From: Lachnospiraceae bacterium
GTDB taxonomy: Bacteria; Bacillota; Clostridia; Lachnospirales; Lachnospiraceae
NCBI GenBank assembly: GCA_009774345.1
Contig: VSNR01000002.1
Location: forward strand, 4,605-68,604
DNA length: 64,000 nt
Direction: 5' to 3'
In this document: in pieces, positions 39,071 to 49,212 of the stretch
Layout: every line of letters starts with the position of its first letter
Position numbering within the stretch: the stretch's first letter is position 1
Made by a program: the position numbers and the translations under genes
The notes under the pieces: generated by a model
Told to the model about the DNA's origin: nothing
The model's database searches: none
The model's input: the letters and a program-made list of their open reading frames with translations, nothing else

Positions 39071-40169
39071 AAAAAGCTCCTGCTCTGTACATCTTTTGAA
39101 GATTATGTGCTTCTCTGAGCGCCTTGTCCGTCAGATTGCAAAATGGCTGTATCGTATTGTCTTCCAGTAAAAAATAACAGTCTGGACGCAATAATTCATT
39201 CGAGATGATATCGGTATTATGAGAGGTAAACACTACCTGAAGATGCTCTTCCATCATAAGCTTGCGAATAATAGAAATTGACAAGTCTGTATGGTAAAAC
39301 GCATCAAATTCATCTATATAAATAAAAGAAAGTTCCTTCCTCTGCAAATACCACAGGCACAAAAACACCAGCGCCCTTGTCCCGCTTGACATTAACGGCG
39401 CAAATGCAACTTCCCTGTCACCAATCTTACAGTAAATCGTTTTCCCTTCGCCTGTATCCTTTTCCACAAGTTGAAAAGGCAGTTTCTCCTCACGCAGAAA
39501 ATCCTCCAGTTGTTCCACACCATTTTCTATATGACAAATCTCTTCAAGCACATCTCCTCTGACCGAATTTGCCCCTACTGCCCGCAGCCCCTCTGTGCTG
39601 CTAAACCATAACATCTGATTGACAAACCGCATAAATTTCAGAAACACCTGACAGTCTTTGTCTTCCCTGTCCAAAACGGTGTTGGCATAAATATATTTGA
39701 CAAATGAAATAGAACTGTCCCAATTGGTTAAGTTCAAGGTTTCTGCTCCCTTCAAATCAACAAAACTGTATTTCTTTTCACTTCGAATCACTTCTTTTCC
39801 ATCAATCCTGATACTCTCATGAAATACCTGATACACATTCTTTTTCTCATAAGCATACTCTAAAACAGACTGATCAAATTTGAATTGATACACGAACGAT
39901 ACCACATCCTCCGCATTGTATAAATTGGCATAAAATAGGTTGTTACCGTCTCTCTTTTCAAATTTATCCGTCAAATGGGCTGTAATATCCATCATCGCCA
40001 AGCCCAGATTGGTCTTTCCAGAAGCATTATAACCAATTACCACCGCATCCTTAATGATTCCGTTTTGAAGTACTTCCTGACGAAATTCATAATTTTTTGC
40101 TGATTTTAGCGAAAACTGTAATTCATCCTTAAAATTTTTATAGTTTCGAACCTTAAATTCTGCCAGCAT
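39060..40169 (-). CDS. AAA_21 / ABC-like ATPase (RloA/AbiLi-like)
   Basis: MLAEFKVRNYKNF, Walker A GYNASGKT, MSSGT, Walker B IYIDEFD, TSHN, LLRPD, KMYRAGAF. Confidence 0.85.
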   Translation of the reverse strand: MLAEFKVRNYKNFKDELQFSLKSAKNYEFRQEVLQNGIIKDAVVIGYNASGKTNLGLAMMDITAHLTDKFEKRDGNNLFYANLYNAEDVVSFVYQFKFDQSVLEYAYEKKNVYQVFHESIRIDGKEVIRSEKKYSFVDLKGAETLNLTNWDSSISFVKYIYANTVLDREDKDCQVFLKFMRFVNQMLWFSSTEGLRAVGANSVRGDVLEEICHIENGVEQLEDFLREEKLPFQLVEKDTGEGKTIYCKIGDREVAFAPLMSSGTRALVFLCLWYLQRKELSFIYIDEFDAFYHTDLSISIIRKLMMEEHLQVVFTSHNTDIISNELLRPDCYFLLEDNTIQPFCNLTDKALREAHNLQKMYRAGAFYGQ

Positions 40170-40208
40170 TCTATTTCCTCCGCCCCGGTCAACACCCTTT
40201 TATATACT

Positions 40209-40236
40209 ATTATACACAGTTTTTCAAATACCACAA
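40209..40236 (-). promoter_or_regulatory. Putative promoter of the ATPase-RloB-like pair
   Basis: TTGTGG-16 nt-TATAAT (perfect -10), with a GGAGG RBS downstream. Confidence 0.5.
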
Positions 40237-40251
40237 TCTCCTTTATCATTT

Positions 40252-41385
40252 TTATTGATCCGCCAGCGCCAGCCCCGCCTTCTTATTATAAGCATGCTTC
40301 TCGGGGTCCTCGTAGGCATCCCAGAACGAGGCGCCAAGGTTGAGCTTCTCCTCGACAAAATCCATATTGTTCATCGCTGTGGTGACGATCGACACTGCCC
40401 GCTTGATGTGAAGCCCCTCAAAGAAATTGAGCACCTCCACCGGAAACCGCCCGCGCAGCACCACCGCATCCGGGCAGAGCGCCTCATAGTCAACCGTATC
40501 TCTCGGGTGCGGCTTGATCAGGACTCTGTAGCCTTGGCAGTATTTTGCAAGGACATCGAGACAGACGCGTTTTCTCGCCTCGATATCAACCGGGTGCGGT
40601 TCTGTCAGAAAGCACGCAAACGCCTCTCCCTCCTGAGAGGGCTTTAGCTGCTGCATCAGCGCGTCCGCATCCTCAATAAACGCCTGTATCATCTGTTTTT
40701 TCTGCTCAGGAGTAAGCGTCCGTTCGAGCGGCTTTCTCGGCACCTCGACAAAGCGCGGACAGTCCGTCGGCACGACGCTGCGGTCATTGATCTCCATGTC
40801 AAGGCAGTACTTTCCCCAGCCATTCATGATAAAGATGAGATTGTGGCGTGAAAACCATGTCTTTAGGCGGAAGTGCCCGTGGTTTGCGACATAGGCGTCG
40901 TCAAGATTTTTCAGACAGTCCAGCCCGTCCTCCACCGCATGATAATACAGATGCCTGTAATTCAGATAATAGCCTATCGGGTCGCTGTCGCAGAACACAT
41001 AGATGTCCTCGTACGCTGCAAAGTCAATGACCTCCATATAGGGCGTCTCGCACTTTGCGAGCTTTTTGGTAAAAATCATACGGTTTATCATATGTTTTAG
41101 AATGTTTTTATAATTTTTTCTGTACTTGGCAAGCTCCGGGAAGAAATCCTCCCGCTTCTCATCCAGCGCAATGACATTTTGAAAAATGCCTGTTTTTGTG
41201 AGCCTGTCCCCTAGATGCTCAAAGTCCGTGGAGACCGAACTCAGCGCGATATCTGCCTTTTGATACATTGTTTTGGACGTTTCCCGCACCAGCTTCATCT
41301 CTTTTAAGACTGCCACATACACATGATAAAACGTATGGCACACATAGATTCTGCTCTTTGTTTTCCTGCTCTGCACTCTCTTCAT
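40252..41385 (-). CDS. Sialyltransferase-like (nonulosonate) transferase; candidate pseudaminyltransferase
   Basis: CHTFYH at the N-terminus, AVEDG, IKPHPRD, FPVE: the EDG and HP motifs of GT-B bacterial sialyltransferases. Confidence 0.72.
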   Translation of the reverse strand: MKRVQSRKTKSRIYVCHTFYHVYVAVLKEMKLVRETSKTMYQKADIALSSVSTDFEHLGDRLTKTGIFQNVIALDEKREDFFPELAKYRKNYKNILKHMINRMIFTKKLAKCETPYMEVIDFAAYEDIYVFCDSDPIGYYLNYRHLYYHAVEDGLDCLKNLDDAYVANHGHFRLKTWFSRHNLIFIMNGWGKYCLDMEINDRSVVPTDCPRFVEVPRKPLERTLTPEQKKQMIQAFIEDADALMQQLKPSQEGEAFACFLTEPHPVDIEARKRVCLDVLAKYCQGYRVLIKPHPRDTVDYEALCPDAVVLRGRFPVEVLNFFEGLHIKRAVSIVTTAMNNMDFVEEKLNLGASFWDAYEDPEKHAYNKKAGLALADQ

Positions 41386-42596
41386 TCCAAAAATCCTTCC
41401 CGTCTGGTATATGCGTACCCCCTCCGCGGCGCGATGAGCGGCGCCGGACTCAGCGGCCCCTCCTGTTCTGGCTGCACTTTCCCGATCATCAGACCCTCGC
41501 AGAAGCGGTAGAGCCTGTCAGCCGCCTCCTTGGGATTCCATGCGTGCGCTATCGTCTCATAGGCATGGACGCCCAGCCTTTTTTGCAGCGGCTCATCCTG
41601 ACACAGTTTCAAAACCTGTTTTCGAAATTCCCGAAATTCAAATAAACGTCCCGTCCTGTAGACCAGCCCATTGTGCCCATGCCTTACAAGATACGGCACT
41701 GCCCCGATGCCACTCCCCGCCACGACCGCACAGGCGCTGTTCATCGCTTCGTTCAAAACCGCGCCCCACCCTTCTAAATAATTGCTTGTAAACAAAAATA
41801 TATTGGCTTCCTCCATAAACCTGCGGACATTCTGCGGCGGCTGGAATCCATGAAACGTAATGCAGTGCCCGAGATGCCAGTCCGCCGCCTGCTTTCTCAA
41901 CGATTCCTCAAGCGCTCCGCCGCCGACCATATCCAGATGAAACGAAATGCCCTGCTGCGCTAGATACTTTGCTGCCCGCAGCGCGTACTCCGGGTGTTTG
42001 AGTTTGAGAAAGCGCCCCGCCCACAACAATCTGACTGCCGGTTTACCGTTCTGGTCAACATGCTGTTTTTGCAAAAATAAGTGATTCAGATCATACGTAT
42101 GCATCTCAGGAAAATATCCCCACACATATTTTTTGTCAGGATATGCATGAACCAGCTGGAAATCAGAGGCTACATAGGCGCCATGACACAGCAGATACAC
42201 CGGCGCACTGGCGTACTGTGTATGGTCCTCATACTTTTTCTTCCTGCCACGGGGGGAGACCGACTTCCACTGGCCCTCGCGGTAGAGCCGCTCGCTGGCG
42301 CGAATCACGATCTTGCCCGCATTCAGCCGGGGCTTGATATAGCGCTCATCCTCCACGCCCCCAAACACGACCACATCGCTGTCCATAATGCACGCCGCAC
42401 ACGCCTCCGGTTCCTCATAATACAGTCTCAGATAGGGAATCGAGCGGACTTCCTCCCCCCAGCCCATCTTCACCCGGTCCTCCTCCATCGGTGAGGTCTG
42501 GATAAAAGCAAATGCCGTGCCCAGCTTTTGGTACAGTTCATTCGACATTGGAATCTGGTGATGATTAATATAATTTGACACAATCGCAAGTTTCAT
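41382..42596 (-). CDS. GT4 family glycosyltransferase
   Basis: Start MKLAIVSNY (ATGA overlap); WAGRF, EGWGAVLNEAMNS. Confidence 0.88.
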   Translation of the reverse strand: MKLAIVSNYINHHQIPMSNELYQKLGTAFAFIQTSPMEEDRVKMGWGEEVRSIPYLRLYYEEPEACAACIMDSDVVVFGGVEDERYIKPRLNAGKIVIRASERLYREGQWKSVSPRGRKKKYEDHTQYASAPVYLLCHGAYVASDFQLVHAYPDKKYVWGYFPEMHTYDLNHLFLQKQHVDQNGKPAVRLLWAGRFLKLKHPEYALRAAKYLAQQGISFHLDMVGGGALEESLRKQAADWHLGHCITFHGFQPPQNVRRFMEEANIFLFTSNYLEGWGAVLNEAMNSACAVVAGSGIGAVPYLVRHGHNGLVYRTGRLFEFREFRKQVLKLCQDEPLQKRLGVHAYETIAHAWNPKEAADRLYRFCEGLMIGKVQPEQEGPLSPAPLIAPRRGYAYTRREGFLE

Positions 42597-43903
42597 ACGC
42601 GCGCACTCCCATAGACAATCTCGCGGTACATGTCCAGAAGACACCTGTAATTTGTCTCCGGGTCATGCGTTTTCAGCGCATGCGTCTTTGCATTCGAGGA
42701 GAGTGACATTGCCAGCTTGTCATCTTCAAAGATGCGCAGGATACAGTCTTTCATGCGTTTGGTTTTATCCTTGGGATACAGGAAGCCGTCCTTGCCGTCA
42801 CTGACCAGATTGTGCACACCACCCACGTTGGCACACACCACAGGCACCCCCAACAGCATCGCCTCCCCGACAGAATTCGGTGAATTTTCAATAGCAGACG
42901 GGCATAAAAATACATGTGTTTTTAAAAAGCGCGCGCACATCTTGTCAGATTGCAGCCTGCCGACAAACTTAATATGGTCTTGCAGTTTATGCTTCTTAAT
43001 CTGGCTGAGCAGATACTTGCCGTAACCGGAGAGCTTGATTTTGTCCCGAATGCTGTCGTTTGCTGTGATGACATCGCCAGCCACATAGACCATGGTCTCC
43101 TCAAACTCCTCCACCAGCTCCGGCAGAATCTCAAGCACATAGTGCAGTCCCTTGACTGGATAATTTCCTTGGCTGAGGAACAAAGAATAACGCTCGATCT
43201 GGTCAATATTCCATGTATCTGCGTAAAAGTCCGAGCGGAGTGTCTCATTCATAAAATGATATTGCGCGTTCGGCGCGAGCTTCTTTGTCATCTCCCTGTC
43301 AAAATCCGTCCTTCCAGTGACATGTCCTACGAGTGCGAGCGCCTCCTTCTCATACTCGCCGCGCTTTGCAAATTTCGCCTGCTGGTCATACAGGCCATCC
43401 CGCTTGAGGATATCGCGGAATGTCTTTTTCTTCTGTACAGCGCGCGGCAGATCCGCCATGTACACCTCCGCAATCACACTGCACAGGCCCTGTATGCCAA
43501 TCAGCGTCCGCTCTGGGTGTTGGAACGCCCGTACACACGCGAGGGCATGGGGATACTCCGTGCCAAAAATATGCACAATGTCCGGCTCAAAATCCCTGAG
43601 CACCGCCCCGAGACTCTCTTCCATGCCGGCGTCGTAATGCTCTGGATGCACTGTGTCCTCCCTGAAAATATAGTACGTGACACCCTCCGCCTTATCCTTG
43701 ATAAACGATGCGGTATCCCCCTTCACAAACGAACGGTTTTCTGATTCTGGGAAACAAATAGCAAGTGTTATGTCATTTCTCTCCTGATGGGACACCAGCT
43801 TTCCCGCAAGCCCGGACAGCCAGCCCTCCTTGACCACAATCTTCTGCCCCAGACTCTTAGCGATAAACGGGAGCATGATATTACACAACCACAGAACTTT
43901 CAT
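42593..43903 (-). CDS. GT4 family glycosyltransferase
   Basis: HIFGTE, KGLH, ENSPNSVGEAMLLG. Confidence 0.88.
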   Translation of the reverse strand: MKVLWLCNIMLPFIAKSLGQKIVVKEGWLSGLAGKLVSHQERNDITLAICFPESENRSFVKGDTASFIKDKAEGVTYYIFREDTVHPEHYDAGMEESLGAVLRDFEPDIVHIFGTEYPHALACVRAFQHPERTLIGIQGLCSVIAEVYMADLPRAVQKKKTFRDILKRDGLYDQQAKFAKRGEYEKEALALVGHVTGRTDFDREMTKKLAPNAQYHFMNETLRSDFYADTWNIDQIERYSLFLSQGNYPVKGLHYVLEILPELVEEFEETMVYVAGDVITANDSIRDKIKLSGYGKYLLSQIKKHKLQDHIKFVGRLQSDKMCARFLKTHVFLCPSAIENSPNSVGEAMLLGVPVVCANVGGVHNLVSDGKDGFLYPKDKTKRMKDCILRIFEDDKLAMSLSSNAKTHALKTHDPETNYRCLLDMYREIVYGSARV

Positions 43904-43937
43904 CTGAACCCCTCCATATCCCGATTGTTTTTCGGTT

Positions 43938-44780
43938 TTATTTTTTTAGTTTATACAGTGCCGTCTTGACGCCATTATACATGCCCGACAGCCGCGGACT
44001 GCCTGCGGCCGCACTGCGAAGCGGCGCGAGTGTGAGCAGCATCACAAGCCGGTAGTAATCCGCCTTTCTCCTTCCCATATAATGTACCACAATCTCACGG
44101 TGCTGCCGCGCAGAACGTTTCTTGTTCTGCGCCGTCTCGGAGTAACCGCCGCCCTCATACGAAGCGACCACCTCAGGCACATAGACAATCCGCGCTTTTT
44201 TTATATAATAACACCATAAAAAATGCTCATAGTCCGCCCTGACTGTATAGTCTGGCAGATATCCCCTCTCGTCGAACAGCGTCCGGTGATAGAAGCAGGT
44301 CTGGTGGCAGGGAACATTTCTATAGCAGGTGAAATCATTGATTTGGGGCGCTGCATAGATGATGGTATCCAGCGCCTTATGATACAGATTTCCATAATAA
44401 ATATCTGCTTTCCGCTTATTAATTTCAACCGTTATTCTTTCTAAAACCTGCGTGTCATAAAAGCTGTCTCCCGCATTCAGAAACAGGAAATAATCCCCCG
44501 CAGCCAGCTTTACCGCCTGATTCATCGCATCATAAATCCCGTTATCTTTTTGTCTGTGCACATGAATACGGCTGTCCTGATACACCGATGACAACGCCTC
44601 GACGGACCCGTCCGACGAGCCGCCATCCTTGACCACCACCTCAAAATTGCGGTAGCTCTGTTCCAGTATACTCTTCACTGTATCACACAGCCGCCGCCCT
44701 GCATTGAGACAGACGACGATCACACTATACTTTATTTGCTGCTCCATCTCCTGCGCCTCCAAGCATTTCTTACGATTCAT
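43938..44780 (-). CDS. GT2 glycosyltransferase (WcaE/WfgS-like; possible fucosyltransferase)
   Basis: DGGSSDG, DNGIYDAMN, FLNAGD, CHQ, ADY. Confidence 0.85.
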   Translation of the reverse strand: MNRKKCLEAQEMEQQIKYSVIVVCLNAGRRLCDTVKSILEQSYRNFEVVVKDGGSSDGSVEALSSVYQDSRIHVHRQKDNGIYDAMNQAVKLAAGDYFLFLNAGDSFYDTQVLERITVEINKRKADIYYGNLYHKALDTIIYAAPQINDFTCYRNVPCHQTCFYHRTLFDERGYLPDYTVRADYEHFLWCYYIKKARIVYVPEVVASYEGGGYSETAQNKKRSARQHREIVVHYMGRRKADYYRLVMLLTLAPLRSAAAGSPRLSGMYNGVKTALYKLKK

Positions 44781-44791
44781 TCTCTCCCCCG

Positions 44792-45949
44792 TTATTCATA
44801 CGTGTACCGCTGTGTCTCAAAGAGCCAGCTCTGATACGGTAGCAGTCCCACGCCGTCCTCATGCGCTTTCCATAAAAATACCATAAAATAAAGGATGCAC
44901 ACCGCATAAACAACAGCCGTTATGTGCCTTCGAACCTTCTGTTCTGTAATCTTTTGCAAAATCAGCGGAATCATCAGCAGCTGTGAAATCCCAAAGTAGT
45001 AAGAAATCCGCGTAACCACTGGCAGAAAATAGAAAAATGTCCCCGACACAAGCGCCATCAGGTTGAGCTGTCCATAAAACCGCAGCTCCCGGTTTTCACC
45101 GCCATCCTTTGCCTGCGTATGCACAAACCAGCCATACAGCGCAAGCGCAAGCAGTGGTCTCAGACTGCTTGCCAGACTGTCAGACAGGCTGGGCGTCTCG
45201 AGGTAGACCGTATTTTTGTACGACGGATACAGCACCAGCGCCGCCTTCAAAATCCATCCCTTCCCCGCAAAGCAGAGTGCACTCACAGCAAGCCCCGCCA
45301 AGATCTGCCACCTTTTCCACGCAAAAGTAGCAAGATAATACATTGGCAGCACCAGCAGCACCGACTTGTGAAAAAACGCCGCCAGCACAATCCAGAACAC
45401 AAACTGGATAAAGTCCCGTTCCAGCACATATTTCATGGAGTAGAGCGCCAGCGCCAGCGCCAGATAATAACGGACGGTATTAAATGTCTGAAAGTACAGT
45501 CCCAGCATCATAAACAAAAAGAACGTCTGCGAAAAGTCCGCGCTCTGCCGCCAAAATGCTTTCAGGAAAAAATACAGCGTGGCAAACGCAAAGACTGCAA
45601 AGACCAGCTCATAGTACTCTCCGCCCGTGATGCCGTACAAAAACCGCACCAGCACATTAAACCCTGCCTCCGTCACGACATATCCACCAACGTACGCCTC
45701 GTGTGCCGTCTGCGTATACTGCCTGTAATCATTCCCAATATCAAACCGCAGCGCTGCCACCACGAACAGAATAAGAAATATTGCTGTCATGTACAGCCGG
45801 TTTTGAACACTCTTTACAGAACGCCAGCCGCCAGCCCAGACCGGTTCCTCTGCGGCATATGGCTGTATGCGGTATGCCATGGCACAAGTTCCCGCTGCGA
45901 TAAACATATAGAACACGATCGAAAAAATTCTGTCTGCTGCCACAATCAC
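44792..45949 (-). CDS. EpsG-family polysaccharide polymerase (Wzy)
   Basis: LRFDIGNDY, EAGF, NTVRY, FFHKS; highly hydrophobic; start reassigned to the GTG overlapping the upstream stop. Confidence 0.8.
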   Translation of the reverse strand: MIVAADRIFSIVFYMFIAAGTCAMAYRIQPYAAEEPVWAGGWRSVKSVQNRLYMTAIFLILFVVAALRFDIGNDYRQYTQTAHEAYVGGYVVTEAGFNVLVRFLYGITGGEYYELVFAVFAFATLYFFLKAFWRQSADFSQTFFLFMMLGLYFQTFNTVRYYLALALALYSMKYVLERDFIQFVFWIVLAAFFHKSVLLVLPMYYLATFAWKRWQILAGLAVSALCFAGKGWILKAALVLYPSYKNTVYLETPSLSDSLASSLRPLLALALYGWFVHTQAKDGGENRELRFYGQLNLMALVSGTFFYFLPVVTRISYYFGISQLLMIPLILQKITEQKVRRHITAVVYAVCILYFMVFLWKAHEDGVGLLPYQSWLFETQRYTYE

Positions 45950-46728
45950 AATCCCTCTACCGATTTCATTCCCTTTTTCATCAGCGCCAGTGCGTTTTTC
46001 ATTGGAATCTTCGTACACATCACCTTACCGTGTACTAAGAGAAAACGCACCGACATCAGATAGGCAAAACTTCCATACAGAAAATGGTAGAGCACCCCTC
46101 TGTCGATAAAAAACTTGTCATTGTATCCCCTAAACCACGTAGACTCCCGCTCCCGCTCCTCGCCAATCTCAACAGGCACTGCATAGACCGCGAGCCCGTA
46201 TTTGAGACAATCCTTCAGAAACAGACTGTCCTCACCGTTGCTGTACTTCGCGCCGCCGCCAAATAACAGCGAAAACGTAATGTGGGATGCGTGCAGCTTC
46301 TCCCGCCGCACCGCAAAGGAATACGTGGGATACCGCCCCGCATTCCACAGGTGGACACGGTGAAACGCCTCCGTGTAATACGTCGCTCTCGATGCCCCCA
46401 CACGCATATTAAATAACAGCAAATCCGCCTCGGGATGCGCCTTAAATGCGTCCAAAATGCGCTGCTCATACCCTCTATCATAGACGATATCCTCATCGGA
46501 AAACAGTACAATATCCCCCTCGGCGCGCATCAGTGCATTGTTCCTGCTCAGGCCCACCCCTTTTTCCTGAAACTCATAACACTGTATCCGCCTGCCGTTG
46601 TGCTGATACTCCTCATAGCCAAAATGGTCTGTCTGGTTCACAATAACCGCATCCGTTTGCAGATGCATACGCTCCGCCAGCGCCGTGATGTCCTGATTCA
46701 CCGCGGACACTAACACCTGTAATTTCAT
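45946..46728 (-). CDS. GT2 family glycosyltransferase
   Basis: GVGLSRN, FSDED, NGEDSLF. Confidence 0.85.
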   Translation of the reverse strand: MKLQVLVSAVNQDITALAERMHLQTDAVIVNQTDHFGYEEYQHNGRRIQCYEFQEKGVGLSRNNALMRAEGDIVLFSDEDIVYDRGYEQRILDAFKAHPEADLLLFNMRVGASRATYYTEAFHRVHLWNAGRYPTYSFAVRREKLHASHITFSLLFGGGAKYSNGEDSLFLKDCLKYGLAVYAVPVEIGEERERESTWFRGYNDKFFIDRGVLYHFLYGSFAYLMSVRFLLVHGKVMCTKIPMKNALALMKKGMKSVEGL

Positions 46729-46758
46729 CCTTCATCACCTCCTTGTCGCAACATCTTC

Positions 46759-47802
46759 CTATGAGCGCCCCTGCGCATAATAGAACCTTAACCACCATTC
46801 CTGCACCCGCACAAGCACTGCACCCACAACCTTACCGCCGCACAGCTGCACATGTGCAATCTCATCCAGCAGCTTCTCCCTGTAGTCCGTGCCAAACGGA
46901 ATCACCGCCACAAACGCCGCCTCCTGCAAACCACTGATCTCCATCTCTCTGTCATATATTATATAACATTCGTTATTTATCAATCCCCTGCGTCTGATTT
47001 CCGCCAGAAACATCGCCGCTTCCTGCCCCTCTGCGGTATCCATCAGCACGATCAGACGGTACTGCTGCGCCAGCATGTTCAGGCTGCGCTCCAGCAGTTC
47101 TCCCTGCTGCCGCTCCAGCGTGCTCTCCCCGTCTCCACGCCTGGCAGCCTGGACTGTCATTCCATAGACAGGCAGGCCCAGCCGCACCGTGATATCACGC
47201 TTCGTATAAAACGCCGAGCCCAGACAGAACCGGAACGCGGTCACAAAAGCATAAACCGCCGCCGCGATGACTGCGCCAAGTGCTGCCGCCCGCCATCCAA
47301 AGTACGGGATTTTCTCCAATGCCGTCTCCTGCTCCCTGATTCTGTAAATCGTATCAAACTCCCGCTTAAGCGCCCCAAACTCCTCCAATGCCATGCCAAG
47401 TGCATCCCTGACCGCATCCACCTCTGCGGCATCCTCTCCACGGACAGTGATCGTCAGATATCGCACATCCGATAAGATAGCGGCTGTTATCATCGTTCCA
47501 ACCTGATCTCTGTCATAGCCTGCGCCCAGAAATTCCATCGCCCTGCCAAGAATCTCATCTCCCTTGACCGCATCATTCCATGTAAACGCATTGTAATAGT
47601 CCCTCGCCTTGTACCGCTCCTCATCAAACTCGATATAGTACTCTGTCTCCGATACATAACAAGCGTTTCTTGATGCATTCAGCGCAATAAGCAAATAAAG
47701 ACCGCTGCCCAAAACGGCACCGGCCACTGCCACTAGAAACAGTTTTGGCAATTTGGTGAGAAACACGGTGAGCATTGCCCTGCTGTCAACTCCCTGCTGC
47801 AT
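46759..47802 (-). CDS. Wzz/CpsC-like polysaccharide co-polymerase with a degenerate kinase-like tail
   Basis: Two TM helices flanking a soluble loop, LGLPVYG, and a C-terminus ending GGKVVGAVL; no Walker A. Confidence 0.6.
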   Translation of the reverse strand: MQQGVDSRAMLTVFLTKLPKLFLVAVAGAVLGSGLYLLIALNASRNACYVSETEYYIEFDEERYKARDYYNAFTWNDAVKGDEILGRAMEFLGAGYDRDQVGTMITAAILSDVRYLTITVRGEDAAEVDAVRDALGMALEEFGALKREFDTIYRIREQETALEKIPYFGWRAAALGAVIAAAVYAFVTAFRFCLGSAFYTKRDITVRLGLPVYGMTVQAARRGDGESTLERQQGELLERSLNMLAQQYRLIVLMDTAEGQEAAMFLAEIRRRGLINNECYIIYDREMEISGLQEAAFVAVIPFGTDYREKLLDEIAHVQLCGGKVVGAVLVRVQEWWLRFYYAQGRS

Positions 47803-47814
47803 CCAATTCCCCCT

Positions 47815-49188
47815 TTAGTCCTTCATTGCGGTCGTCTGGTTCTGGTCTACGCCCTCTGTACTCTCTGCCTGAAACAGAATCTTGAGCGTCAGAAGCATCA
47901 GCTTCAAGTCCAGCCACACACTATAATTTTCTATATAAAACAAATCCAGCTTCAGCTTGTCATACGGGGTCGTATTGTACTTTCCATACACCTGTGCATA
48001 TCCCGCAAGTCCCGCTTTCACTTTCGTCCGAAACGTAAACTCCGGCATGTCCTCCATGTATTGCCGTATGATCTCAGGCCGCTCAGGCCGCGGACCGATA
48101 AAGGACATCTCCCCGCACAGGATGTTAAAGAGCTGCGGAAGCTCATCGATCCGCACTTTTCTGATAAATCTGCCAATCGGTGTGATGCGGCTGTCATTCT
48201 TGGCGGCAAGCCTTGCCACCCCGTCCTTTTCTGCATCCGTGCGCATACTCCGAAATTTTAGAATTTGAAATTCCTTCATGTCGCGGGTGCACCGCGTCTG
48301 CTTATACAAGACAGGCCCGCCGTCATAACACTTGATTGCAATGGCCGTAAGGAGCATAAACGGCGCCGCAAGAAGCATCAGTATCATCGAGCATACAATG
48401 TCAATCAGGCGTTTGACCACCCGCTGTTCGATGGTCATCGCGTACTCTCTTGTGAGAAGAATCGGCGTGTCAAAGAGATGGAGCTGGTCTGAACCCTGAA
48501 TCATAATATCTGGAATTTTGGGCATCATATACACGCGGATTCCTCTGCTGTAACAGAATTTCAACAGCTTGTTGCGAAGCACGGTATCCATATCCCACAG
48601 CACCACCCCGTCATAACAGGTCACAATCTCCGCCTTCAGCGCCTCAAATCCCTCACGCTCATATGCACTTTTGATAATGCGGTACTTATCCTTCCTCGTC
48701 TCAAACTTCTTTAAAATCTCCTCCGTGGGCCGCCCCCCGCTGATAAACAAAAGATTCTTGGGCGGAAAAAAACGCTGGTAAAGCTTGTGGCTCACAAAAG
48801 TCCACCCCGCAGACACCACAATCTGCGCAAGCATCATCAAGATCAAAGGGTACGCTGTGACCAGTCCCAAGGACAACAGGGAAATCTGAAAATACGAGAC
48901 AATGTTGGCACACAACAGCGAAATCACCTGCGAAAAAAATACATCCATCGGCTTGAGATAGCCCACTTTGAGCCCGCCATACGTCGCAGTAAAAAACAGC
49001 AGCAATATAAAATAAACGGCTGCCAAAAGCCAGAAGCCCTTTCTGTGAAAGCTCCTCCACATGCCGCTCTGCATAATGTCATTGTACACCTCATGCCAGA
49101 CATAGATATATAAAACCGTCTGAAAAACAAGCCCGATCAATGACATCTGTAATATAATTGTCCTCTTTACTGACTCTATCCGTCCCAC
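47815..49188 (-). CDS. Priming phosphoglycosyltransferase (WcaJ/CpsE-like, long form)
   Basis: N-terminal TM helices; KRLID, KFRSM, IDELPQL, GPRPERP, GLAGYAQV. Confidence 0.92.
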   Translation of the reverse strand: MGRIESVKRTIILQMSLIGLVFQTVLYIYVWHEVYNDIMQSGMWRSFHRKGFWLLAAVYFILLLFFTATYGGLKVGYLKPMDVFFSQVISLLCANIVSYFQISLLSLGLVTAYPLILMMLAQIVVSAGWTFVSHKLYQRFFPPKNLLFISGGRPTEEILKKFETRKDKYRIIKSAYEREGFEALKAEIVTCYDGVVLWDMDTVLRNKLLKFCYSRGIRVYMMPKIPDIMIQGSDQLHLFDTPILLTREYAMTIEQRVVKRLIDIVCSMILMLLAAPFMLLTAIAIKCYDGGPVLYKQTRCTRDMKEFQILKFRSMRTDAEKDGVARLAAKNDSRITPIGRFIRKVRIDELPQLFNILCGEMSFIGPRPERPEIIRQYMEDMPEFTFRTKVKAGLAGYAQVYGKYNTTPYDKLKLDLFYIENYSVWLDLKLMLLTLKILFQAESTEGVDQNQTTAMKD

Positions 49189-49212
49189 CCAAAAGCCTCC
49201 AAACCGAGATCT

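Noticed and set aside
38233..40251. IS element, prophage or integrative element
   Set aside because: No transposase, integrase, terminal inverted repeats or target duplication were visible.
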